Of a DNA stretch of 64,000 nucleotides, positions 52,376 to 64,000 are shown piece after piece. The DNA comes from Balanoglossus misakiensis. Its lineage: Eukaryota; Animalia; Hemichordata. Position 1 is the first letter of the stretch. The number at the start of each line of letters is the position of its first letter. The notes under the pieces are model-generated. The model was not told where the DNA came from. It ran no database searches and saw only the letters and a list, made by a program, of their open reading frames with translations. Where the stretch lies: contig CM082596.2 in the NCBI GenBank assembly GCA_040954595.2, positions 4,794,181 to 4,858,180 on the forward strand. The letters run 5' to 3'. A program made the position numbers and the translations under genes.

Positions 52376-55300
52376 GACCAGTGTCTGCTGGTAAAAGATA
52401 GTCAAACAAGTCAACATGCATCGGGCGGGGGGGGGGCTTTAATTTTTTTACACCTGATCATGATGCACATGTCTGTTATCTTCTAATTTTGCGTAACAAC
52501 TGATAAGCGCGCAAAAACCGTTTTGTTTCCATATCGATTATGGATAAACCATGTCCTTTGTTCGCTGTCTTTAGCGGCCCGAGGCAAGCTCCTCTTGACG
52601 CGAAGACGGTTTATCAACATTTTGTTTCACGCTAATCTCTCGGACAGTAAAGGCCATGCATAGAATTTCCTGTTATCCTTACCCGGAGAAATAACAGACA
52701 ATGAAAAATCTACACGTCTCGCCGGGATTTGGCACAGCTTACCGATTAAATTTGCAAACGTGCGAATGACTATAGGGGAAAAACGATTCCCAGTTTTTGC
52801 ATTTGGCAGCCTACCAGCCAGACTTCCGATTGTTTTGGTTTTCATGCCCGTGCAAGAACCATCGGTCAACACGAAATAAAAATATTTTTTCATCGTTGTC
52901 AAGAGCTTGTTTGACATGCAAGATGAATAGCATTAACGTTACTCCGTAGTCCGTGGTTTATCAACTAAATATTCGCAATCAGCGTACTTGAATCCCTCTA
53001 TATGCCTATAAAGTTGTTTTTAAAAGATGCTTCAATAAAATCTGACACCAATGGGGACAAACAGGAGCATATATGAAATCTATAAAACTGTGAACGACCT
53101 TTTTCTCCAAAGAAATGGGAGTTGGTACTGACGTCATAATATCGATTACTGTGTTATTATCATTCAATCGCTAATTGTAGGCTATGGGTGTTGTTTTAAT
53201 TGGATCTATTCAATATGGGAGGGGGTGATGCTGTCTGGGTAGGCTCTCAATTGCTTGAGGGGCCGTATTATGACGCCTATATGTCTATTGGTTATTCAAT
53301 CGAGGCGTTCGCTTGGTAAAAATCGGAGCATTATAACGTGATGTCCACTTAAGCTACTTGTTTCGGCTTCAGCGGTGTGATCTCCAGAGTGTCCTAAAAC
53401 AAAGGGGCTCTTGGTCACGAGGGGTTTCAAAACAACGAGCTTAATACAGACCGGCTTTTGGCGATCGATTGGCCGCCCTTTCACACTTGTGTGCCAGTGG
53501 TCAAAAACAAGGCGACCGTTCCCCAAGCCATCATACCCTCCGATGGATATTAGTGTCCACGTTTTCTGTTGTTGCATCTGACATGCCCAAGAGGCACGTA
53601 CATTAAATCCTGGCAGATTAATCCGCCTGTTGCTTTCGGCCTACTTTAATTGGGGTGTTACGCCAGCATTATGTATGAGCTGCGTGATGAACATGTGACA
53701 CGTTTGAAATTGCCAACAGCACCAAGGTGTGTTGGGATTACGTTTCTATGCAAGCGTTAATGAACATCGTCGCTGGCCACATGGGTACTCGCTAATCAGT
53801 CCGTTTATTGTATTTCTTCATTTATTGTATTTATTTATTTATTAAAGAACTGCTGTGGACATTTGCCATAAATTGTCGGCTGTCACGATGGGTAATGGCT
53901 GAATGTAATGTCACAAATTCCTACAAAAATTATCATTTGGAGTCATAATATTCCCGTGGGATCTGATATTCTGGTTATTTTGTAACTAGTGTGGAATTGG
54001 GGAATAAATTAGGTGACGTCACAGGCCTGAAAAACTGACTTAAATTACGGCCACCAGCGAAGGAAATTGCGATGTAAAATTTATAACTTGTCATTTCAAT
54101 GTATGGCTACTGATGTAATGGGCAGGTACAGGTGCAGATTGAAAATCAACCCACATTTCAACATATAACTGTCACCTTGGTGACCAAAAGCGTGCAGTAA
54201 AACAAAAGCTACTCATTGCCATTGTATTTTGTTTAGGAAGTAGTTAGTAGTACACGATCAATGGCCGTCAACTGTCAAAAGAAGTGTGTGTACTGATCCC
54301 CGGTAATCAAGATAACCGCTTGCGCCAGCACGTATTCTCCGGCTGCTCGACAACATATCTCCCGGCGAAAACTAAGTTGTTTACGCTGCCGTGGCAAATT
54401 GGGCTGAGAGAGCGAAAATAGAATTTAAAGGCACATGTACTATACTTTGTACCCCAAAAGAATTTAAAGGTATGTGTACTTACCAGAAATATATCGCAGT
54501 GTAAAATATGAGGCGAAACCAGGTATATATTGTGCGTCAGTCTTGCATTGCGCTGTGCTTTGGGAATTAAGGTCCCGCTGTCTGCGGTTCGATGACCAAG
54601 CAACTCAAGTGAAGGAGAGAATCGGTTACCTATCCCTCGTTTTTTCCTTTTTGAAAAAAATCCGTTTAGCGAAAAGATAACATCAAACAAGTGGCCTTTT
54701 CCAGTACCGGACGCAGGGATTCAGCTATTTGCGGGCTCCAGACAGACAGAAACTGCCCAAGTCAGCTCCGGGCGCTTGAAAGTGAACGACAATCCAAACA
54801 ATCGGCCGAAGGATTGCGTAACACAGTTGCATCCAATCAAAACCACGCCTTTGTGCGTGTGTACTGAACTGCAAAACATCTAGAAACATGAATCCATCGA
54901 CTTTTTTTTACTCGCTCCGGCCGAGAGTCTTGCAATGGGAGAGATTAATGAAGTGTGTTATTTGAAATTTGACGACACTAGTTTGTTTTTTCGATAAACA
55001 CAACACGCTGTTCATATTAATAGGCCTCGATAAACATATACTAAGAAAAAAACATAATTATATGGTATGAGTCAATTTAAATATATGTAAATTACTTTGC
55101 AAACATCCAATCCTGTAAGTAACCAGTTAAACGTAGTACAAAACGGTATCCGGAAATTTAATTTTGCAAAAGTCATGTCGATATGGAATTATTCAAAATT
55201 AACACTCTAGATTAATTACATGTAAATCGTTTTACAGTATTTGGGTTGCCATTTCGTTGGGTTATACCATTTTCAACATGTACTTGTTATCTATTTATAC

Positions 55301-55394
55301 ATGTACAATGGAAAAAGGGCAGAGAGAGAGAGAGACTTTGTCCCTTTAAGTCAAACGCCTAAATGTGCGTGTATGGGCGGTTGAGTGGGCGAAG

Positions 55395-58300
55395 CTAGCT
55401 TATTATGACTATCCCGGCGATGATGGTCAGTGCGAGAGACGTTACATAAATTGTCAGGAATAATCGGTCGAGTACCAGCGCCACCAGGCGCCATTCGTGC
55501 TGCAGGTTGGCACCGCTCTCTCTGTTGGCAAACATCTTCCTGAGTTCCCTGACTTCCTGGAGGAGAGCGGAATCCCTGAAGTCTCCGTGGACGGAACTCC
55601 GCCTTTGTAGCGCGGACTCCGCGCTGCTGTTGAAGCAGGTTTCCGACTCCAAGGCGCGTCGATCCAGCAGCGGGCTCGGGGCACCCAGCGAAGTTCTCCG
55701 AAAGGGAGCCATGCCGTTGGTCCTCGGGAATTTCGCCTGCTCATTGTACACTGGCGCCAACTCTATCCTGAGTTTGAGTCCCAGGGCGTCGCCCAGCCTG
55801 CGAAGGATCCATTTTTTGACCCAGTGTGGGACTTCGGACCTTTCGGGGCCGCTGTGGTGGAGATTGACTATGACCGCAGAGGAGCTGACCGACATTGTCA
55901 CAAGCACCAATATGACCGCATAAAACTGCCCTGTAGTGCAAGCAAGGAAACAAACAAACAAACAAACAAACAGACAGACAGACAGAAAAAGAAATCATGG
56001 ATTATAGCTCATGAAAATTGACAGAAAACGAGAATTTCCCGACTTTGCGACCTTTGGTGATTTTGTCATTTTTAGACATTTGTAAAGTGATAAAGCTCAT
56101 GAAAATTGACAGAAAACGAGAATTTCCCGACTTTGCGAACTTTGGTGATTTTGTCCGGTCATTTTTGGGCAATTTTCATGGGTTATATTATAGCTCATGA
56201 AACTTTTCACCTACCTACAAGCGGAATGACGCTGGAGGGCGGCATGCTCTCGGCCAACAGCAGAAGAAACACGGTCAACGAGAGGAGGATGGTGATACCG
56301 AAGCTGATCTTCTCGCCGGACTCCACGGGCAGAACGAAGATGAACACTATGACGACGCTGAGCAGGGCGCACGGCAGGATCAGGTTGATGACGTGGAACA
56401 GCGGGCGGCGGCGGAGGCACACGTCGTAGCGGACGTCGGAGAACGGGACGCCCGGGTCGTCCGGGTAGTACGAGATGTGGTTCATCGCCGCGAATCCAAC
56501 CATGTCCCATTCGCCGTCGCTCGTGAAAACAGTCCCGTGCGTTTCTCCGTCACCTGGGGATGAAGACATTCACATAAAGAGTGGTTTGGTATTTTTAAAT
56601 GTAAAAAAAAATCGTCTGTGCATCACGAAGAGCTTCGTAAGTTCTTACAAGATTTCCAATTGTTTTTCATTGGCATCGATATCACATGTTCCCAGCATTA
56701 TCATAATTACCAAACGAGTTTCATACGAACTAAAGGTAGCGTGATAAATTTGTTACATGTCAAAATTAGTGTTCATAGACTCAAATTCATTTCCTCTCCA
56801 TCACAATTTTTAGTACGTACTAGTTTGTTTGGTGATCAGAATGTTCGATTGACCAGATCCTCTATTTGGTCCTTGGCCTCATCGCGATGAAAAAATAAAA
56901 ATAATCAAAAAGTTACTTGCCTTCCCCGTGGAGAAGAATCTCTTCCCCGCTGTACTGCCAGGGGCCGAACTTCAGCGGACAGATCTGCTCATCGAAGGGG
57001 AAGTTTCGCACGTCCAGCTGGCATTTGCTGTGAAAGATTGTCGGCGCCGCCCACAACACAGTCCCGTTGTGGTCCACCTTCACTATGTGGTCGAGGAGGA
57101 AATTTGTGTAGCCGTCGTCAGCGCTGGCAGGGGAGAACACAGATTTCTGACAGTGAGATTCTGTGATTGTGAAAGTCAGAATGGATGGTAGCACATTTTC
57201 TATAAAGTAAGGACCACGATTTTTCGGTAAGAACCACGATTTTTAGGTAAGAACCACGGCTATGCATGAAACTGCCTAAGTATCTAAGAACCTTGATGAT
57301 ATGAGAGCGCTATAGAGAGGTAATTGTTAATTTTTAATGAGAAATTATCATTGTATAGACTAAAATGAAGACTTTGTAAGCTAGAACCTTGAAAAATTTT
57401 GACTTTGTACGCTGTATAACGTAAGAACCACGATTTTTCGGTAGGAACCACGATTTTTCGGTAAGAACCACGGCTATGCATGAAACTGCCTATCTAAGAA
57501 CCTTGATGATATGAGAGCGCTATAGAGCGGTGAGAAATTATCATTGCATAGACTAAAATAAAGACTTTGTAAGCTAGAACCTTGAAAACCTTTGACTTTG
57601 TAGGCTGTATAACGTAAGAACCACGATTTTTCGGTAAGAACCACGGCTATGCATGAAAATGCCTATCATGGAAGAAGGCGCACTTACTTATTGTAAAGCA
57701 CTACTTCCGGCAACCAGATTTTACCGGACGGTATTTTCAAACGCTCCAATCCGCCATAAGACGCCGGATCCCACGTCAAAAACTCGTCTTTCCATATCTG
57801 CAAGAAAACAACATAACATTTTAACCAGAATCACACTTGCAAATGAATGTATTTATACATATATCTGTAGGTGTTTGTTTAATTTACAGGAGAACAATGG
57901 AAAATTGGCCGTCGATGCCACCACCAACAGTTGAATATGTCTGGATTTCGTTCGGGGCGAGAAACGGAAACGACTGACGTATTTTCTGAAAATGTGGACG
58001 TCATAACATCTGTTGCGATCACAAGTTGAAATTCCATTTTGATCTTGGTGTTTTTTTTTTATACTTACAAACGTAACCCAACCATTGATTTTCAATTTTT
58101 GCATTCTTTCATCCTATGTGAAGAAAATAAAAATAAATTAAAAACTCATATAGTTCCTTTCATGTGTGCTTTTTAATTAAACATACTACTTCAAAGTACG
58201 GCCGGGTCAGTGTACATCAATTTATGTGTTAGATTTAGAAAGGGGAATGATCACCGAAAATTCTGTCTTACCCCCATATTTCATGTGGGCATTTCTATGG

Positions 58301-61300
58301 ATATAAACAATAGACATTTGTCTGTGCACGGATTCGTCCATTAATTAGGGGAAAAAGTAAGGAAAGGGTCGGATGTGAATAGCATATGTTAAAACTGAAC
58401 ATTATAATGTTAACGGCGCTACTCACTAAATCAAGTATGTGGGAGACCAGTAACAGCATGGTCAAGTCGGTGGCCTGTGATTGGTTGTAAACAGGTCTGA
58501 CGTCAACGTTGTAGCCTGTCAAGAGGTCCTTCATCAGCCTCTCGGTGTTTGTGATTGGTCGAAGTATCGGTGACGTGGAATTCTCCCAAGATGGCCCGGA
58601 AACTGAAAGATAGTAATAATGCTTATTTTGAATTGACCATTCTAAGTTTACTAAGTACGAAAGTAAAATCGTGAAAAATAATTCAAAAATGGCAGCTTTA
58701 AATAGCAGAGCCAACAGCTGCTATCAGATGGCAGAAACACACATTTGGAATTTGGTTTAATTAGAAATCACTTTCGCTTGCAGAGGGCGTGATAGCCTTG
58801 TCTCCACCTGCTCAAAAGGAGAGAGCGTGTGTTCTGGTAATCATGGTGGACAACTTTTCACATTGTGCCAGTTCACAACTGCATCAAATACAGATATTGT
58901 AACACACCAGACCCGAACTGCCCGCGATTTTCTAACGCTGGCCAAATTACATGTACAATGGAGACTCCATAGAATATGATTGGACTCAACACCATACGTC
59001 TCAATCGTGGTTGTTGTTGTTTTGTCGTATTTTATTAGGGCAGGCATGTTTTCACAGGGGCGGTTATATTGCGAAAAAGGCCAAGGCTCGTTTAGTGAAG
59101 CCTGAATTGCGACTTCTTTTGAGTAAAGGGAGACTTCTCTAAAAGTAATATACTCCTGGAAGTCGGTATGTCAAATTAACTCAACGGTGTCTCGGTTACG
59201 AAGAAGAAGCGAAGGAATTCTGTGCCGCATGTTGTAACCTTATGCAACGGCAATGCGTCGACACCAATTATGCCCAGACAGGCTTCGAAGTGTGTGGTCA
59301 AATATGTGACGACACATCATGGAAGAAGGTCTAAAACACGGAGTAACCAACGACAAGCTGCACGCCATCGCTTGAAAAATTAAGCTCAAGTTGGTTGCGA
59401 AATTTGAGAATCTATTTATGTCGCTGCATATTGATACAAGAAATTTGAATACTCGTTTATGAACCCCGGTTTATGAATAATAATGAGTGTGGATTTGATT
59501 GATGAACAGATCACAACATGTCAAAACGTATGTTCATGACATTGTATGTGACTGTGTACGTGTACAAAGGGACAACGATAGCCAGTACCATGTAAAATCA
59601 TGTCCATTTTCGTGTGAAGAAGATAAAACGTGAAAAAGGACAAAAATGCAAAATTTACACAAATTGGTATAACTGTGTGTATATACATTCGTCCATGCTT
59701 GTTTGAATGACTAACATGGCATTTTGGAAACCAGTGACAACTGTGTTTACAATCTCCTCTGACGCTACCAGATTACTTATGGCTTAGTGCGTGTATACAC
59801 GCCTTAATCTATGCACTGAGGACGCATTTAATAAAAACGTTTGTTTGGCGCCAGGAAAGGGTTTAATTAAACGCAATCCGACTAGTTGAGAACAAATGTA
59901 AGCAAATAAAACACAATCTGTACACATTGCAAATCAGTTTCGCAAGGGAAATACGTATGCAGTGGTAAGAGCTTTCGCATTATATTCATTTGTCTTCAGT
60001 GCGGGGTTTTGCGATTTCAAAGCAAGAAATAATTTTTAATGATAAATCATACTATTTGAGTTTACGTTGTTCTTGTTTATACAACACATGTGCGCGATTT
60101 GTTTGACCGACCGATCTTTATTTGCTAAATGTCTCGCCATGAGTGTACTAGCTAGTATATAACAAATATGAAGTAAGGCCTGGACTCAATAAACCACAGG
60201 GATTCATAACAGGCTTCCGTTGTTGAAGTTAAATGGATGTACGAACAGTAACGTTAAAAGAGGTGGTGCTATTTCTCTGAATTGCGAATTTTGGATCATT
60301 CTTTGTTGTTGTTATAGATAACAAATCTAAAATAGGGGTCGCGAACGGTCAAGTTTAAAGTAATCATGCTATTTCACTGAATTGTTAATATTGGGCCATT
60401 CTTTGTTATTGTATAGACAACAAAACTACCATGGGGTCGCCTCACTAGTTAATGAAACGCGAGGTCATGGGATAAATTATTTTGACGAAAATTCTGGAAC
60501 GCTGACCAATACCATCTTATAACGCCCCAGTTCCCTCTTTAGAGGTCCAGCCTTACCATAGAAAACAGTGGATTTGGACTGAACCACGAGTTAAGATACT
60601 CACAGAATCTGGCCGAACTGAAGACGACATTTCGGTCGAAATTTTGAAGCAAAGGCCACACAGAAGTACTTTTGCCTCGACGGTTGAAAATAGGAACGGT
60701 TCAAATATCATACTTGCAAACGATATGACAGAACCCAAGGACTATACGAGGTTGTAATCTCCCCAATCTAACACCCTAATTAGTGAGACGTTAATTATCA
60801 ATTGTATGACAATTTGAGTGTCGTGCAGACCGCCTGCTATTTCAATAAACACGCTTTTAATTAAACGTTTAGAAACAGACACAGTCTGGCCATTAATTAT
60901 CCACCTATCACGTTAGTTAAGTTTTCAATTATGTTGATACCAAACTGCTGTCGCTCGACCCATTCCAAAACATTGTAAATGCCCTTGACGTAAGATGACG
61001 TCACTACTGTTAATTGAACTGCAGTTATTCCCACGCTGTGACTGAAAAAAATGTTACTTTGGGAAATTTTCAGAAAGTTAATTTCTAACCAATTGGAGAT
61101 GTTTGGCCGACAAATTTTCGTTTCGTTTCCAAAAATAGTTTTCGATTCTGCTATAGCTGACACCGTTTGGCTGAAATTTATTTCGGGGTCGCGCTGCTCC
61201 GGCCAAATGGTCACTCTATTTTAGAGTTGCCAAGTGGTCAGCCGGACCCATCTCACTCTCGCACGTCCTTGGTCAAGCGAACGGTCAAATGAATCTGTGA

Positions 61301-61437
61301 CAAACAGGAAAGGTGAAAACACAGGCACTGTGAACTTTACCTGGTGTGCTGGCCACGCCACCGCGCATCATGAAAACCACCACGGACATTCTGAACAACT
61401 CAACGGCGAGGTACGAGAACTTCCCCGCGGCAAACAT
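55395..61437 (-). CDS. Nicotinic acetylcholine receptor-like Cys-loop subunit B (tandem paralog); exons 61437-61341 (tentative), 58602-58427, 58113-58069, 57797-57688, 57123-56921, 56553-56215, 55930-55395
   Basis: YNVDVRPV, WKDEFLTW, IWLPEVVLYNNAD, Cys-loop CQLDVRNFPFDEQIC, GPWQYSG, ESGEKISFGITILLSLTVFLLL, EWRLVALVLDRLF. Exons 3, 4 and 5 have the same lengths as in paralog A (45, 110, 203 nt). Exon 1 is assigned on hydrophobicity and a phase-1 donor only. Confidence 0.9.
55948..55985. repeat. (AAAC)n(AGAC)n microsatellite beside the acceptor of receptor B exon 7
   Basis: Direct reading. Confidence 0.85.
55996..56205. repeat. Local duplication of a ~60 bp unit in receptor B intron 6
   Basis: AGCTCATGAAAATTGACAGAAAACGAGAATTTCCCGACTTTGCGA.CTTTGGTGATTTTGTC occurs twice, plus a third partial copy. 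Confidence 0.85.
57207..57666. repeat. Hierarchical tandem repeat in receptor B intron 4: ~200 bp unit x ~2.3, each starting with 20-bp subrepeats
   Basis: GTAAGAACCACGATTTTTCG repeated 2-3 times at ~57207, 57421 and 57614, each followed by GCTATGCATGAAA... Confidence 0.9.
60519..60592. mobile_element. Same MITE, partial copy
   Basis: CCCCAGTTCCCTCTTTAGAGGTCCAGCCTTACCATAGAAAACAGTGGATTTGGACTGAACCAC. Confidence 0.6.
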
Positions 61438-62684
61438 CCCGATACACGCAAAAAAATCGCCGCGTGGTAAGAAAACGGATCCGCTCTTTTGCTATTACCA
61501 GCTTGACTAAGATTGACCAATAAATATTAAAACCACCACATGAATATTTATAAGCTGGAAAGCGAATGCCGATGTCCGTGCAGACGACAATATGTTCAAA
61601 TATTCACTGTGGGGTCGACTTCACGTGACATCCAACATCAAATTAATTATATAACGAGAAAGTTCTCAGTTATATTCAAATATGGACACTGTATGCATGC
61701 ATGTTCCTGTTTGTTGCAATGTCCCCGGTTTTGACGTGAAATGACACTGTTTGATATAAAAGACCACAAAGCTTACGGGACAAATTTTCAAGGAACGAGA
61801 TAAATACAGATGTAAACGTGTATATACTCGCGGAAAGCGGTCAGTTAAAATACAATAGGCCCACGGCACGTCAAAAATAGATGACATTGATTGTATGTAC
61901 CGCACCTTATGATTGCATTCGCAAGTCATGGAGGAAGATCTGGTTGCTACATGGCTTTGGCCGACTCAGTAACACCTTCTATATTTTACTAGGCAGATTT
62001 TGTCCGCAAGCAACGCGTTTTCATTTCAAGGGTTCAGTCACTGTGAAATACTCGGTAAAACGATTAATCCAAAGGGAGAGTATTTTCTAAGCATAGCTTT
62101 AAAATGTGGGTTATCTCTTTAAAGTTAATACAGACGGTCAAATAGCTAATGGCACGATATATTTGGATACCACATCTGTATATCTCACTACATTCTACTT
62201 TCTGAGAATCCTTGCATCGCTACCCCCAATACTTATAAAACGTGCCTTATATGAAAGTCTTCATACACAATGTACGAGTTTAAATCTCAACAATATCCGA
62301 GCTGAAGAGTTGTTATACTCTTAATCTACTAGTGCTTAGATGACCAATTAACTTTAAGGATTATTGAAGCTTCTATCATCAATGCGTGAAGCTGTTTTAA
62401 AACAACGTTTTTACAATCAGATTTTTAGTAGGCTGCATGAACTCAACGTCAGACGATTAAAAGTCTGCATAGCATTTACCCACAGGAATGCATGTAGCCT
62501 GAATGTCATTCCAGATAATTTTGTATAAAGATGTTGTCAATTAGGAAGTCCATCGTCTTAATTATTTCCACATAGCATCCCGAGACGTAACAATGTTTTT
62601 ATAACATGACGACTCTGTAATAACTAACTTGGAAACCACTAGCTGGGGAACCTTTTCAAAATATCCCCCAAGCTAGAGGGTTTT

Positions 62685-62910
62685 AAATTTGCATAAAATG
62701 GCTGACGTCGTCTACTTCTCGCAATCGCGTTGGCCCCTGTCGCTTACGTGATACCAGGGAAGATCTGGACGTTACGGATTGAATGGTGAGTTTGGTGATT
62801 CAATGAAATAACAGGATATAACAGATGCACCGAAATATGTGTCGTACCTGGGCGAGCCAGCTGAAATTTACACAGTAGACTACCCAGGACTTAACCCGGA
62901 AGTACGTTGC
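62685..62910 (+). promoter_or_regulatory. Likely housekeeping promoter/5' UTR of AP4B1
   Basis: CpG-rich patch with a YY1-like AAAATGGC (~62695), octamer ATTTGCAT (~62687), ETS CCGGAAGT (~62897) and a candidate UTR donor GTGAGT (~62786). Confidence 0.4.
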
Positions 62911-63086
62911 AAATCTGCTACAGTCTGTGTTTGGATATGGGGACAGACTACAACAGACACTACAGCCAGTGAGGATTTAAAATTATAGGCTGACAATGCT
63001 TACACATCCCTGGTAGCTCTATGGTACAAGCAACACGAGGAAAGATATCCTGAAAGTCTGTCGTCATTGCGAAGATCGACGAGACA

Positions 63087-63677
63087 ATGTCTTACTTCAG
63101 CAGTGGAAGTATCTCGGATATAAATGACCTCAGGTAGGTAATCAATGCAGGTCAAGTCTTCCTTTTCTGATTTGCTAACAATATGTTAGCCTTTACCCCC
63201 CCCCCCCCTCCTGGGAACTTACCTGACTCCAAAGGTTAAACCAAACTCGCATAATCTTTCAGGTCGCAGCTGAGAAATCCAGTGGTCCAGTCAGACCCAG
63301 CACAATGTCAGCAGGTTGTGCGTCGAATTGTGGCACTGATGACACAAGGTATAGACATGTCGGGATTATTTACAGATATGGTCAAGGTAAGTGCTGGGAG
63401 AAGCCCAAGGGGGAATTCTTTAACCCTTTAACCACTATGGTTCAGTTCAAACCCATTGTTTTCTATGATACTGCTGCTACTATGACAATATGTCTTCATT
63501 CCAGGCAAGTGCCACTCAGGACATCGTACGGAAGAAGTTGATCTACTTATACATGTCTACTTATGCTGAGGTGAAATCAGACCTGGCTCTGCTGGCCGTC
63601 AACACACTGCGTAAAGACTGCAGTGATTCGAATCCAATGATTAGAGGGTTGGCGTTGAGGACCATGTGTTCTCTGAG
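63087..63677 (+). CDS. AP4B1: AP-4 complex subunit beta-1, first three coding exons (63087-63133, 63263-63386, 63505-63677); continues beyond the window
   Basis: Spliced sequence [115 protein letters not shown] matches the beta-4 adaptin N-terminus (MTQG.DMS..F..MVKASAT.DIV.KKL). Confidence 0.92.
63420..63470. mobile_element. Same MITE, partial copy in AP4B1 intron 2
   Basis: TTAACCCTTTAACCACTATGGTTCAGTTCAAACCCATTGTTTTCTATG. Confidence 0.6.
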
Positions 63678-64000
63678 GTAGGTGCAAAATTCGTTCAGTG
63701 GCAATTCTTGCCTTCCAGACTTTGTCAAACTTAAATTACTACATGCTTGACTGGCAATGCAGGTGGCATGGATGATTCATACCTGATTAATTGATGCATT
63801 TTCACACCTAAACAATAAATCTAATACAGGATACGAGGTACATCGGCATTCAGTTTTGCAAAGTGTATCAATGAAAATTGTACAATTGTTAAAATTTAAT
63901 GAGAATGACTCATTGTCAGTGGTGCATATATTCGGTCATTTTTGTTACATATATTCACGCCTTAAGACTTGGGTTTATTATTTTTGATAAGGTGAAACAC

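Noticed and set aside
57207-57666. CRISPR-like appearance of the 20-bp repeats
   Set aside because: Repeats are contiguous with no unique spacers, the context is a eukaryotic intron, and there are no cas genes.
1-64000. tRNA, rRNA or prokaryote-type systems
   Set aside because: No cloverleaf, rRNA-like or operon-like sequence was recognised; small ncRNAs cannot be excluded without a covariance-model search.

Overview
Eukaryotic, intron-rich genomic DNA, probably from a marine invertebrate deuterostome such as an echinoderm or hemichordate (inference from gene content and repeat style). All gene models were built by hand from splice sites and reading frames. The window holds nine protein-coding genes. 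(1) The 5' part of a megalin/LRP2 gene on the minus strand, from the ATG at 32901 off the left edge, with LDLa clusters of 7, 8 and 10 repeats. (2) A divergently oriented, single-exon LRR-Ig-mucin-TM receptor. (3) A two-exon protein with tandem TM2 domains and PPxY motifs, with a probable solo LTR in its intron. (4-5) A head-to-head pair of three-exon clan-2 cytochrome P450 genes showing patchy near-identity. (6) A three-exon GAL3ST-family sulfotransferase. (7-8) A tandem pair of alpha9/10-like nicotinic receptor subunits. (9) The first three exons of AP4B1. The most unusual signal is in the receptor pair: both keep the aromatic ligand box and a cation-type M2, but the loop C vicinal Cys-Cys is replaced by Asp-Asp (YYPDDPGVPY/F), suggesting a channel family with a different ligand. 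Also present are a GC-AG intron, a TTAA-flanked ~90 bp MITE family, microsatellites and intronic tandem duplications.
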